Assembly (NCBI GenBank): GCA_947450015.1
Contig: CANFUB010000001.1
Coordinates: forward strand, 1 to 42,601
DNA from: Bacteroidota bacterium
GTDB lineage: Bacteria > Bacteroidota > Bacteroidia > NS11-12g > UBA955
Reading direction: 5' to 3'
DNA: 42,601 nucleotides
Of the stretch, positions 1 through 8,892 are shown one piece after another (position 1 is the first letter of the stretch; each line of letters starts with the position of its first letter). A program made the translations under genes and the position numbers. A model generated the notes under the pieces. That model saw only the letters and a list, made by a program, of their open reading frames with translations. It was not told the origin of the DNA and ran no database searches.

Positions 1-1
1 A

Positions 2-463
2 TTAAAACTTCAGTTTATAGATTTAGATGAGTTAATCGAGAAGCAAGAAAAAAAAATCATCCGCACTATTATAATGGAAGATGGTGAAGCTTATTTTAGA
101 AGTATTGAACGCAGCATATTGCACGAAACACAATTAAAAAACAAATGTTTAATATCATGTGGAGGTGGTACACCAACTTTTTTCGACAATATGGAATGGA
201 TGAAAAAAAATGGAATTGTTATTTGGATTAATACACCATTAGATATTATTTCGGATAGAATTTTAAAAAATATTACCCGAAGACCTTTGTTTATAGGGCT
301 TTCGAAGGAAGAAATAAATATAAAACTTCAAGAATTAAGCAAAAAAAGAGTGCCTTTCTATAAAAAAGCAAGCTTAACCATCGATATAAACAAGCAAAAT
401 AAAGTTTCGTTAAGTGCTATAATTCAACAGATTATAAAATATTCTAAAAAAATAAATCAATAA
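2..463 (+). CDS. aroK: shikimate kinase, 5'-truncated by the window edge
   Basis: Frame 2 is open from the window edge (LKLQFIDLDELIEKQEKKIIRTIIMEDGEAYFRSIERSIL...CGGGTP...). It matches the central and C-terminal part of shikimate kinase (DxD region, GE-x-x-FR-x-x-E, GGG lid). The P-loop lies left of the window, so the ORF-track ATG at 74 is internal. Confidence 0.8.
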   Translation, partial: LKLQFIDLDELIEKQEKKIIRTIIMEDGEAYFRSIERSILHETQLKNKCLISCGGGTPTFFDNMEWMKKNGIVIWINTPLDIISDRILKNITRRPLFIGLSKEEINIKLQELSKKRVPFYKKASLTIDINKQNKVSLSAIIQQIIKYSKKINQ

Positions 464-511
464 TTGTGCATTGTTTGTGAATATTTTTGAAAAAAAAATA
501 TGCGTAAGTGC

Positions 512-541
512 TTGATTTTACTAAACAATACAATACTTTTG
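512..541 (+). promoter_or_regulatory. putative Bacteroidota sigma-A promoter for hup (-33 TTG, -7 TACTTTTG)
   Basis: TACTTTTG at 534-541 fits the phylum -7 consensus TAnnTTTG. A TTG at 512-514 lies 19 nt upstream. The box ends 47 nt before the hup ATG. A second match, TATTTTTG, lies at 482-489. Confidence 0.5.
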
Positions 542-588
542 AGTCCACGAATTAAATAAAATAATATAAAATTAATTAAGTTTAAATT

Positions 589-861
589 ATGAACAAATCA
601 GATCTAATCAGCAAAATGGCAGGTGATGCCAGCGTAACTAAAGCTCAAGCTCAGGCTGCTTTAAATTCTTTCATTGCAGCTACTACTAGCGCTTTAAAGA
701 AAGGTGACAAATTAATCCTTGTAGGTTTTGGTACTTTTTCAGTAGCTAAAAGAGCTGCTAGAACTGGTCGTAACCCACGTACAGGTAAAGAAATTAAAAT
801 TGCAGCTAAAAAAGTTGTTAAATTCAAAGCAGGTGCAGACTTATCAGGTAAAGTAAAATAA
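589..861 (+). CDS. hup: DNA-binding protein HU (DNABII family)
   Basis: A 90-aa ORF with full-length HU signatures: MNKSDLI, GFGTF, and the arm RTGRNPRTGKEIKI. Confidence 0.95.
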   Translation: MNKSDLISKMAGDASVTKAQAQAALNSFIAATTSALKKGDKLILVGFGTFSVAKRAARTGRNPRTGKEIKIAAKKVVKFKAGADLSGKVK

Positions 862-882
862 GTTTATCCTTACTTTCTTAGG

Positions 883-919
883 AAATCCCTTTGTTGTGAA
901 ACAAGGGGATTTTTTTTTC
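883..919 (+). terminator. rho-independent terminator after hup
   Basis: A 12-bp stem (883-894 pairs with 901-912, one G-U pair) with a 6-nt loop, running into a T-run (910-918). Confidence 0.8.
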
Positions 920-964
920 TCCTTACTATAATTATTTTACCTTAGCTCCTTCTAATATTCAATT

Positions 965-2875
965 TTGGAACTACCTGAAAACATATTAAAAAAATACTTT
1001 GGACATGCCGCTTTTCGTCCCCTACAAAAAGACATTATTCAAAGTGTTTTGGACAAAAAAGACACCATAGCCTTGCTCCCTACCGGGGGCGGAAAATCTG
1101 TGTGTTTTCAAGTCCCTGCGTTAATGATGGAAGGTGTTTGTGTGGTGGTAACACCGCTTATTGCTTTAATGAAAGACCAAGTTGAAAACCTAAAGCAACG
1201 TGATATCATGGCAGTTGCCTTATACAGTGGCATGAGCAAAAGAGAAATTGAATTTGAACTTGAAAATTGCATCAATGGTAAATACCGATTTTTGTATGTG
1301 TCGCCAGAACGTTTATTGAGTCAACATTTTTTAGGCTACGCACACCATATAAAAGTTAGCATGGTAGCCATTGATGAGGCGCATTGTATTTCGCAATGGG
1401 GTTATGACTTTCGACCACCCTATTTAAAGATTGCTGAGTTTAGAAATTATTACAAAGGCATTCCTTGCATAGCACTTACCGCTACCGCTACAAAAGTTGT
1501 GATTGCAGATATTGCCGAAAAACTTGAACTTAAAAAACACCAACTTTTTACCCAAAGTTTTGTAAGAAAAAATCTTGCCTATATTGTACAAAACGAAGAA
1601 AATAAAATTGAAAAAATAGCACATATCGCCAATAGAATTAAAGGCAGTGGTTTGGTATACGTAAGAAGCCGAAAAAAAACTGTGGAAATTACAAAGCTGC
1701 TTCAACAAAGAAATATAAGTGCCGATTTTTACCACGCAGGACTTGAATCGAAAGAACGCAATAAAAAACAAGAAGACTGGAAAAAAAATAAAATCAGATT
1801 AATGATTTGTACCAATGCTTTTGGCATGGGGATTGACAAGCCAGATGTGCGTTTTGTAATCCATGAAAACAAACCTGAAACCCTGGAAGCATATTACCAA
1901 GAAGCAGGTAGAGCTGGAAGAGACGGCAAAAAATCATATTGTATTTTTTTACACCATCCAGCAGATGATTTAAAAGATGCCGAAAACATTCTATCAAAAT
2001 ATCCTGAACCAGAACAAATAAAACGCATTTATGAATTGACCTGCAATTATTTAAAAATTGCACTTGGATCGGGTGCTGGCGAAAACTACAACTTCGACCT
2101 AAACAGTTTTTCGGAATTTTATAAACTCAATTATTTAAGCGTCTACAATTGTTTGAAAATATTAGAAGGCGAAGGCTATTTGCAACTTTCTGAAGCCATT
2201 CACTCCCCCTCTAGAATTAAGATTTTATGCGACTATCAAACACTTTACGAATGGCAACTCAAACATCCAATTATTGATGAATTATTTAAAGTATTGCTGC
2301 GTTCCTATGGTGGCATGTTCGATTTTTATACCAATATTTTTGAAAGAGAAATTGCCTTTCGGTTAAAAAAAACGGAAATATGGGTTAAAGAACAACTTGA
2401 GAAATTAATGAAAATTGAACTCATTGATTATGTTCAACAAAATGGTGAATCTAAATTATTAATGTTAGAAAACAGATTCCCTAACATTCATATTTCGATG
2501 GAAAAAATTGTCTTTTTACGCGCTCGTTATAAAGAAAAACTCGATGCTGTGAATGCGTATACACATAACAATAAAATTTGTAGAAGCAATTTTCTTGTGC
2601 AGTATTTCAATGAGGATTCAAAAGAAAAGTGCGGTGTATGCGATGTCTGTATTGAACAAGATAAAAAGGACTTAAACATACAAAAATTCAAGATGTACAA
2701 GCGGAGAATCGACCATTTAATCAATCTCGCAGACTTTCGCAGCAAAGACCTCGCCTTGCATGTAAATGCGACAGAAATTGAAGAATATACATTAATATTG
2801 CGATGGTTAAAGGACAATCAATATGCCTTTGAAACCAAAGAAGGATTTTGGAAATGGGCCACAAAAAAAACATAA
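965..2875 (+). CDS. recQ: RecQ-family ATP-dependent DNA helicase (about 636-aa paralog type)
   Basis: Motifs present: Walker A LPTGGGKS, DEAH box (IDEAHCISQWGYDFRPPY), motif VI QEAGRAGRDG, and the RecQ zinc motif C-x16-C-x2-C-x2-C (CRSNFLVQYFNEDSKEKCGVCDVC). The start must be TTG at 965, because an in-frame TAA lies at 953-955 and there is no ATG before residue 54. Confidence 0.9.
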   Translation: MELPENILKKYFGHAAFRPLQKDIIQSVLDKKDTIALLPTGGGKSVCFQVPALMMEGVCVVVTPLIALMKDQVENLKQRDIMAVALYSGMSKREIEFELENCINGKYRFLYVSPERLLSQHFLGYAHHIKVSMVAIDEAHCISQWGYDFRPPYLKIAEFRNYYKGIPCIALTATATKVVIADIAEKLELKKHQLFTQSFVRKNLAYIVQNEENKIEKIAHIANRIKGSGLVYVRSRKKTVEITKLLQQRNISADFYHAGLESKERNKKQEDWKKNKIRLMICTNAFGMGIDKPDVRFVIHENKPETLEAYYQEAGRAGRDGKKSYCIFLHHPADDLKDAENILSKYPEPEQIKRIYELTCNYLKIALGSGAGENYNFDLNSFSEFYKLNYLSVYNCLKILEGEGYLQLSEAIHSPSRIKILCDYQTLYEWQLKHPIIDELFKVLLRSYGGMFDFYTNIFEREIAFRLKKTEIWVKEQLEKLMKIELIDYVQQNGESKLLMLENRFPNIHISMEKIVFLRARYKEKLDAVNAYTHNNKICRSNFLVQYFNEDSKEKCGVCDVCIEQDKKDLNIQKFKMYKRRIDHLINLADFRSKDLALHVNATEIEEYTLILRWLKDNQYAFETKEGFWKWATKKT

Positions 2876-3954
2876 TCATTGCCATTACTGGCCATATCAT
2901 AACCGATCAACGCATCATTCGAATTGCATCGAGTTTGCAAGCCAATCAATACAATGTAACCGTTTATTACCGCTCCTATTTTAAGCACCAAGGCACAGAA
3001 AAAAAGACCATTGGGCCTTATCCCTTTAAAATAAAAAAAATGACCTTTCTTTTTAATAAAGGGGTCCTTTTTTACAGTCTATTTAATTTGCGATTGTTGT
3101 TGTTACTTTTATTTAAGCGGGCCAATATTTATTGTGCAGTAGACAGCGACACATTGCTTGCCTTTACGCTCTTATCTAAAATAAAAAATGTACCGTTAGT
3201 TTATGATGCACATGAGTATTTTGCTGAAGTACCTGAATTGGAAAACAAAATACGTAAGAAAGCTATTTGGCATTGGATCACCCAAAAAGGTGTTCAACAA
3301 AGTTGCGCAAGATATACAGTATCTGAATCCTTAGCGCTTGTTCTTTCCGAACGCTACAAAGCGCCTTTCGAAACCATTCGCAATGTGCCATCCTACAAGG
3401 ATAAAGACATACATATAAAATTTTCAAGACCAACCATTTTATACCAAGGTGCACTTAACAAAGGCAGAGAATTAGAACTCCTTATCAAGACCATGGAGCA
3501 ATTGCCCGAATTTGATTGTTTAATCGTTGGTGAAGGCGATTTGAGCATTGCCTTAAGGGAACAATCCAAAAATAGTACAAACGTTCAATTTCTAGGCTTA
3601 TTAAGCCCCGACAAAATTAAAACCATAACACAAAAAGTATTTTTTGGCTACAACCTTCTGGATGCAAAAAGTTTGAGTTATTATTATTCCCTTAGCAATA
3701 AATATTTTGATTACATGCAAGCAGGCGTGCCATCCATCTCATCTGCCTTGCCTGAATATGAATTGCTCAATCGGAAATGGGTTTGTGGCCTTTGCATTCC
3801 TAATACGGAAACGGATTTAATAAATTGTTTGAAAAAATACGCAAATGATCATTTGGCGTATGAAAAATTACAACAAAATGCTTTACTTGCATCACTGAAT
3901 AACAACTGGGAAATTGAAAGCCAAAAGTTAGTTCAAATTTATACAGCCATTTGA
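2848..3954 (+). CDS. glycosyltransferase (GT-B fold, GT4-like)
   Basis: A 368-aa ORF. The N-terminal half resembles a Glyco_trans_4-like domain. The C-terminal half has a group-1 GT layout (ILYQGALNKGRELELLI...VGEGDL...F.GL). It overlaps the recQ 3' end by 28 nt (22 nt if the ATG at 2854 is used). Confidence 0.7.
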   Translation: MEMGHKKNIIIAITGHIITDQRIIRIASSLQANQYNVTVYYRSYFKHQGTEKKTIGPYPFKIKKMTFLFNKGVLFYSLFNLRLLLLLLFKRANIYCAVDSDTLLAFTLLSKIKNVPLVYDAHEYFAEVPELENKIRKKAIWHWITQKGVQQSCARYTVSESLALVLSERYKAPFETIRNVPSYKDKDIHIKFSRPTILYQGALNKGRELELLIKTMEQLPEFDCLIVGEGDLSIALREQSKNSTNVQFLGLLSPDKIKTITQKVFFGYNLLDAKSLSYYYSLSNKYFDYMQAGVPSISSALPEYELLNRKWVCGLCIPNTETDLINCLKKYANDHLAYEKLQQNALLASLNNNWEIESQKLVQIYTAI

Positions 3955-5072
3955 GTAAGACCCTACATATTGTTGCCTTTGATATTCCGTTTCCAGCCGA
4001 TTATGGCGGTGTTATCGATATCTATCATAAAATTAGATGGCTTCATAAACTTGGTATTCAAATTCATTTACATTGCTTTCAGTATGGCAGAAAGGAAGCG
4101 CCTGAACTAAATAAAATTTGTAAAAAAGTTTATTATTATCCGCGCAGCAAGTACCGAAATCCTTTTATTGGCGACCTTCCTTATATTGTAATGACACGTA
4201 ACAATGAAGCATTGCTTACCAACTTACTTAAAAACAATGCACCCATACTTTTTGAAGGATTACATTCTACCTATTTCCTGAACCATCCGCAATTAAAAGA
4301 CCGACTTAAATTTGTTCGCACCCATAACATTGAGCACGACTACTACAAAAATTTAGAATTAGTAGAGACCAGTTATTTTAAAAAATATTTCTTTCGCAAC
4401 GAATCAGATAATTTAAAAAAATACGAAAAGATATTGCTAAACGCGCAGGTTGTTTTGGCCATTTCGCCTTCAGACAAAACCTACTTAAAACACAAATACC
4501 ACAATGCTGTTCTGCTGCCAGCCTACCATCAAAACGACGAGGTAAATATTCAAGCTGGTACTGGCGATTATATTTTATACCATGGTAATTTAGGCGTTGG
4601 TGAAAATAATTTTGCAGCTTTGTATTTGGTCAATGAAATTTTCTCTCAAATATATTTTCCTGTGATTATTGCTGGTAGCAATGTAAGTAAAGAGTTGCGA
4701 TACGCTTGTTCAAAATATCCGCACATTCAAATCAAAGAAGATTGGAACAATGAGCAAATTATGGAGGCAATTGGCAATGCTCAAATCAATGTTTTACCAA
4801 CCTTTCAGGGTACTGGTATTAAATTGAAATTATTAAACTCACTCTATGCTGGAAGGCATTGTGTGGTTAATCCGATGATGGTTGACCATACAGGGTTAGA
4901 GCATGCCTGTCATATTGCCAAAACAAGTCAGGACATGGTCGATGAAATTAAAACATTACTCACCGTAGCATTTACAGAAACTGACATAAAAGCCCGAAAA
5001 AAGATATTGAATAACAGTTGTTATAACAATGAAGCCAATACCGAGCACTTGGTTCAACTCTTATTTCCATAA
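3951..5072 (+). CDS. glycosyltransferase family 1 protein
   Basis: A 373-aa ORF. The N-terminus HIVAFDIPFPADYGGVIDIYHKIRWLHKLGIQIHLHCFQYG is typical of a conserved Bacteroidota GT1 family of unknown substrate. The TTG start overlaps the upstream TGA (TTGA, 3951-3954). Confidence 0.75.
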   Translation: MSKTLHIVAFDIPFPADYGGVIDIYHKIRWLHKLGIQIHLHCFQYGRKEAPELNKICKKVYYYPRSKYRNPFIGDLPYIVMTRNNEALLTNLLKNNAPILFEGLHSTYFLNHPQLKDRLKFVRTHNIEHDYYKNLELVETSYFKKYFFRNESDNLKKYEKILLNAQVVLAISPSDKTYLKHKYHNAVLLPAYHQNDEVNIQAGTGDYILYHGNLGVGENNFAALYLVNEIFSQIYFPVIIAGSNVSKELRYACSKYPHIQIKEDWNNEQIMEAIGNAQINVLPTFQGTGIKLKLLNSLYAGRHCVVNPMMVDHTGLEHACHIAKTSQDMVDEIKTLLTVAFTETDIKARKKILNNSCYNNEANTEHLVQLLFP

Positions 5073-5078
5073 GGCTTT

Positions 5079-6461
5079 ATGCAAACAGTAAGTTTAAAAA
5101 ATACCGCTTACTTCTGTGGAATTGCCTTTGGCTTTCTTATTTTGTTTGCTTTTGTTTTTTATTTTGAGCGTTTAAACAGCGATGCAGGGTATTACTTTTT
5201 CTATGCAGTCAATTCACAAAACTTTCATGTTGAACATGGACGATTGGTCCTCATACTTGCAGAAACGCTTGTTGTTATCGGCACTTGGCTCCACCTTCCT
5301 TTAAAAGTCCTTGCAATACTCTACTCACTTACCCATGTTTTATTTTTTGGCGCACTTACTTGGGTAAGCCTTTCAAAATTTAAACATCAAAATGCAGCTA
5401 TTCTAATTACGTTGTTGCAATTTATTGGTTTGCGCTATTCTGTTTTTACGCCTCAATTTGAATTGTATTACGGCCTATCGATGCTTGTCTTCACACTCGC
5501 CTACATTCAATTTTTACAAGAAAAAAAGACGACTTGGAAGCTTGTTAATTATGGCCTTGTAGCGCTTTTATTTACACTTATTTTCACATCGCATCCGATG
5601 GCCATTTATTGCACCTTTGTGGCTTTATTGCTTTTCTTTTACGACAAATCATACCGCCATACATGGATACTGGCGATTGCGCTATTATTGCTATATATTG
5701 TTTGGAAAAAATTTGCTGTCTCTGATTATGAAAAAAGCAAATTCAATGGGTTTAGCAATGCTTTATCTCTCAATCTAAATAACATTTTCAATAGTTCATT
5801 TATTTTTAAATGCATTCGCTTTTTATTCACCTATTACTGGGATTGTTTTATCATTTTTATACTGGGTTTAACTACCTTTCTATTGCACCGAAAATACAAG
5901 AAAGCCATCCTTTATTTATTGGCAATTAAAGGTGCTTTGCTCATAATATGGTTAATGTTTCCGCCAGACACTATGGGCCGATATATTGAACAGGTGTATT
6001 TCCCATTTGTATTTTTGACCTGCCTTTGGTTATTTGAAGAGGTAATATCTTTACGTCTGTTAGGTGTATTAGCAACCCTCATAATTTACAAATCAATTGC
6101 CATCACAAATGCTGGGAAAGAACTCCAAAAACGCAGTGAACAAATGGCCTATTTTGTTTCAAAAGCGCAATCCAAAACTGGCGCAAAGTTTTTTGTTACA
6201 GAAAAAGACATGGGCGCTGATTTATATGCTAAAGGCAATTGGTCGTATGGATTCGAAACACTTTTTTATGCAAGCATGAACGCTCAAAAAAATGTTAGCA
6301 TAACAAAAGATGAGGACCTTCAATACAACGCTAATTTTAAAAAATTAAAACCTTCTGATTTTCTCTACAGACCTTTTGAGATCATGCAATACCAACAATT
6401 GAATAAACGCTATTTTAATTTGGACACTGGGTTGTACCAGCCTCTGCTGGAAATTAAATAA
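5079..6461 (+). CDS. polytopic inner-membrane protein with a C-terminal soluble domain (uncharacterised; GT-C-like topology)
   Basis: A 460-aa ORF. By eye it has about 11-13 hydrophobic helices across residues 10-345, followed by a hydrophilic tail of about 115 aa. It starts 6 nt after the preceding GT gene. I recognise no catalytic motif. Confidence 0.6.
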   Translation: MQTVSLKNTAYFCGIAFGFLILFAFVFYFERLNSDAGYYFFYAVNSQNFHVEHGRLVLILAETLVVIGTWLHLPLKVLAILYSLTHVLFFGALTWVSLSKFKHQNAAILITLLQFIGLRYSVFTPQFELYYGLSMLVFTLAYIQFLQEKKTTWKLVNYGLVALLFTLIFTSHPMAIYCTFVALLLFFYDKSYRHTWILAIALLLLYIVWKKFAVSDYEKSKFNGFSNALSLNLNNIFNSSFIFKCIRFLFTYYWDCFIIFILGLTTFLLHRKYKKAILYLLAIKGALLIIWLMFPPDTMGRYIEQVYFPFVFLTCLWLFEEVISLRLLGVLATLIIYKSIAITNAGKELQKRSEQMAYFVSKAQSKTGAKFFVTEKDMGADLYAKGNWSYGFETLFYASMNAQKNVSITKDEDLQYNANFKKLKPSDFLYRPFEIMQYQQLNKRYFNLDTGLYQPLLEIK

Positions 6462-6463
6462 GC

Positions 6464-8872
6464 TTATTTCAATCTCACCAAAGTTACACCATCGCCTCCT
6501 AGTTGATCGCTTTCATGCTCAAAATGTTTTACAAGTGGGTTGCTTTTAAGTTGTTCTAAAATCAACTTTCTTAAGATCCCAAAGCCACGGCCATGCACGA
6601 CTTTCAAATTGGTATGTCCCAGCAAGTGGGCATCTTCTAGCCACTGCTGTAATTTCAAAATGGCCTCCTCGCCTCTTACTCCTCGCAAATCTATATCTAA
6701 ACTAAAACTACTCTGTTTATCAAACATGCGAACATTAAAGGTGGCTATTTTAGACTCCCTTTTCTGAGCAGTTTTACTTGTTTTATGCAACTCGTTAAGC
6801 GGTACCCACATTTTAATGGAACCAAATAAAACATGGGCTTTATCTTTTTTAATGGCCAATATTTCGCCCGCTACATTGTTATCGTTTTGTTTTACTACAT
6901 CACCAACTTTTAGAGGATCTGTGTTTTTCAAAACCACTGGTTTTACAATTGGCTTTGGCACTATTTCAACCAAGGTTTCCTTGTATTCCGACAATTCCTT
7001 ACGTGCCTCTTTTGTATGCTGCTTATCGGCCTTTGTTTGTTGAATTACCTGAATCGTTTTTTCGATTTTTTGATTGGCCTTGGTCACTATTTCAGAAGCC
7101 TTAGCTTTTGCTTCATTCAATATGTGTTGCTTATTTTCAGAGAGCTTATCTTTCAAACCAGTATAATCTTCTATCAGTTTATTAAGTTTTTCTTCTCTGT
7201 CGGCAATGCGCTTATTCGCATCTGCTAAAGCGGCTTTGTTCTTTTCGTTTTCTGCAATTAACTCTTCTAAATCGATGTGCTGTTTCCATTGATTTATATT
7301 TTTTGCTCGGTCAATTATGCGCTTATCTATTCCGACTTTCGAAGACACTTCGAGCGCAAACGAGCTACCTGGCTTGCCTAGCTCGAGTATAAACAAGGGT
7401 TCCAATTTTACGACATCGTAAACCATCCGAGCATTTTGTACACCTTGTGTTTGACCAGCCCATGCTTTTAAATTCCCAAAGTGAGTTGTCACCACGCCAA
7501 AGGCCTTACTTTCTAAAAAATTTTCAAGAATGGCTTGCGCTATGGTACTCCCAATTGAAGGATCGGTGCCGTTGCCTAACTCATCAATTAAATACAATGT
7601 TTCTGAATTTGCATTTGCCATCATGTATTTCATGTTCATTAAATGGCTGCTGTAAGAACTCAAGTTGTTTTCAATGGATTGGTTATCGCCAATATCAATG
7701 AATAGTTGATGGTAAACAGGCATCTTACTTCCATGTTCTACAGGCACAGGTAAACCACATTGGTACATGTACTGCAACAAACCAATGGTTTTAAGTGCTA
7801 TACTTTTTCCACCGGCATTAGGCCCCGAAATAACGACCATATGGCAAGCTTCATCGACATGGAAATTCAATGGCACTAATTTTTTGTTATCCTTCTGCAA
7901 TAACATATACAATAAAGGATGTCTGGCATTGATTAAATGTAAATCATCTTTTCGTTGAACCATAATGGGCTCTATGGCATTCAATTTTGAAGATAGAATG
8001 GATTTTGCGTAAGTAATATCAAGAAAAGCTGTGTATTGCACGTGCTGCCAAATAATCTGCTTATAAGGGGCCAATTGCGCGGTTACTTGTTTCAAGATGC
8101 GCTCTATTTCCTTTTTCTTTTCAAATGACAATTCTTTTAAAGCGTTGTTTTCCTCGAAACATTCAATTGGTTCGATGTAAAGGAATTTTCCACTTTGCGA
8201 ATCATCATGTACAAAACCTTGAATTTTCTTTTTATGCTCTGCAATTATTGGTATAACCAAACGCTCATTTCGTATCGTTATTTCAGTATCGCCTGCCCAT
8301 CCATTTTGTTTTGCTAAATTGTATTTAGACAATAATATTTTTCTTACCTCCTTTTCCTTGGCTGAAATTTGCTTGTTGATTTGCCATAATTCTGGCGATG
8401 CATCAGGCTTTAAAAGTCCTTCTTTGTCTATCACCTTTGCCACAATCAGAATAGCAGCTTGCAAACTAATTAAATGGCTTTGGGCAGCCTTTAAATAAGC
8501 ATAACCTGTCTCCTGATTGGCGATTGCTGTAAAATTTGATTGCATTGCACTAAGGGCAATAAACAATTGTTGAAGTTCATCCTCATAAAGCATGGTGCCT
8601 TCTATCTCTAATTTCTGCAAGGCATCTAGAAGTACATCCAAATTCTCTGGCAATTCCAAAACATGTCCGCTGCTAGTGAGTTGACCTATTTCACCAATTT
8701 GACGTATACTTTGATGAATGCTTTCGGTATTGGTTAAAAAATTTAACTTATCTATGCGTTGCTTACCAAGATCGGTTTTGCAAAACTGAACCAAGTTGCT
8801 TTTGATTTTATCGAACCCCAATTTTTCTTCAATGTTTTGGGGATATAAGTTAATTGTCTGATTTGATTTCAA
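6464..8872 (-). CDS. mutS2: endonuclease MutS2 (MutS domain plus C-terminal Smr)
   Basis: 802 aa. Walker A GPNAGGKS, the MutS ATPase region (LIDELGNGTDP), a long coiled-coil linker and a C-terminal Smr domain (DLRGVRGEEA...VVHGRGFGILR). The start is a TTG forced by an in-frame TAG five codons upstream. Confidence 0.92.
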   Translation of the reverse strand: MKSNQTINLYPQNIEEKLGFDKIKSNLVQFCKTDLGKQRIDKLNFLTNTESIHQSIRQIGEIGQLTSSGHVLELPENLDVLLDALQKLEIEGTMLYEDELQQLFIALSAMQSNFTAIANQETGYAYLKAAQSHLISLQAAILIVAKVIDKEGLLKPDASPELWQINKQISAKEKEVRKILLSKYNLAKQNGWAGDTEITIRNERLVIPIIAEHKKKIQGFVHDDSQSGKFLYIEPIECFEENNALKELSFEKKKEIERILKQVTAQLAPYKQIIWQHVQYTAFLDITYAKSILSSKLNAIEPIMVQRKDDLHLINARHPLLYMLLQKDNKKLVPLNFHVDEACHMVVISGPNAGGKSIALKTIGLLQYMYQCGLPVPVEHGSKMPVYHQLFIDIGDNQSIENNLSSYSSHLMNMKYMMANANSETLYLIDELGNGTDPSIGSTIAQAILENFLESKAFGVVTTHFGNLKAWAGQTQGVQNARMVYDVVKLEPLFILELGKPGSSFALEVSSKVGIDKRIIDRAKNINQWKQHIDLEELIAENEKNKAALADANKRIADREEKLNKLIEDYTGLKDKLSENKQHILNEAKAKASEIVTKANQKIEKTIQVIQQTKADKQHTKEARKELSEYKETLVEIVPKPIVKPVVLKNTDPLKVGDVVKQNDNNVAGEILAIKKDKAHVLFGSIKMWVPLNELHKTSKTAQKRESKIATFNVRMFDKQSSFSLDIDLRGVRGEEAILKLQQWLEDAHLLGHTNLKVVHGRGFGILRKLILEQLKSNPLVKHFEHESDQLGGDGVTLVRLK

Positions 8873-8892
8873 GGCTATATTGTTGCGCTAAA

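Noticed and set aside
500-559. A 19-codon upstream ORF (MRKCLILLNNTILLSPRIK) ahead of hup.
   Set aside because: It overlaps the putative hup promoter boxes, so it would mostly not be transcribed from that promoter. I have no evidence of conservation, and it is short enough to occur by chance.
1424-2817. Three minus-strand ORFs (1424-1771, 1794-2063, 2527-2817) antisense to recQ.
   Set aside because: They lie wholly inside a well-supported helicase gene and give low-complexity, F/L/K/C-rich translations typical of antisense frames in AT-rich DNA. I see no motifs.
2863-2870. An A8 homopolymer in the overlap between recQ and the first GT gene (also A8 at 3038-3045) as a possible slipped-strand phase-variation tract.
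   Set aside because: Runs of 7-9 A or T are frequent throughout this AT-rich window, in housekeeping genes as well. Eight bases is short for efficient slippage.
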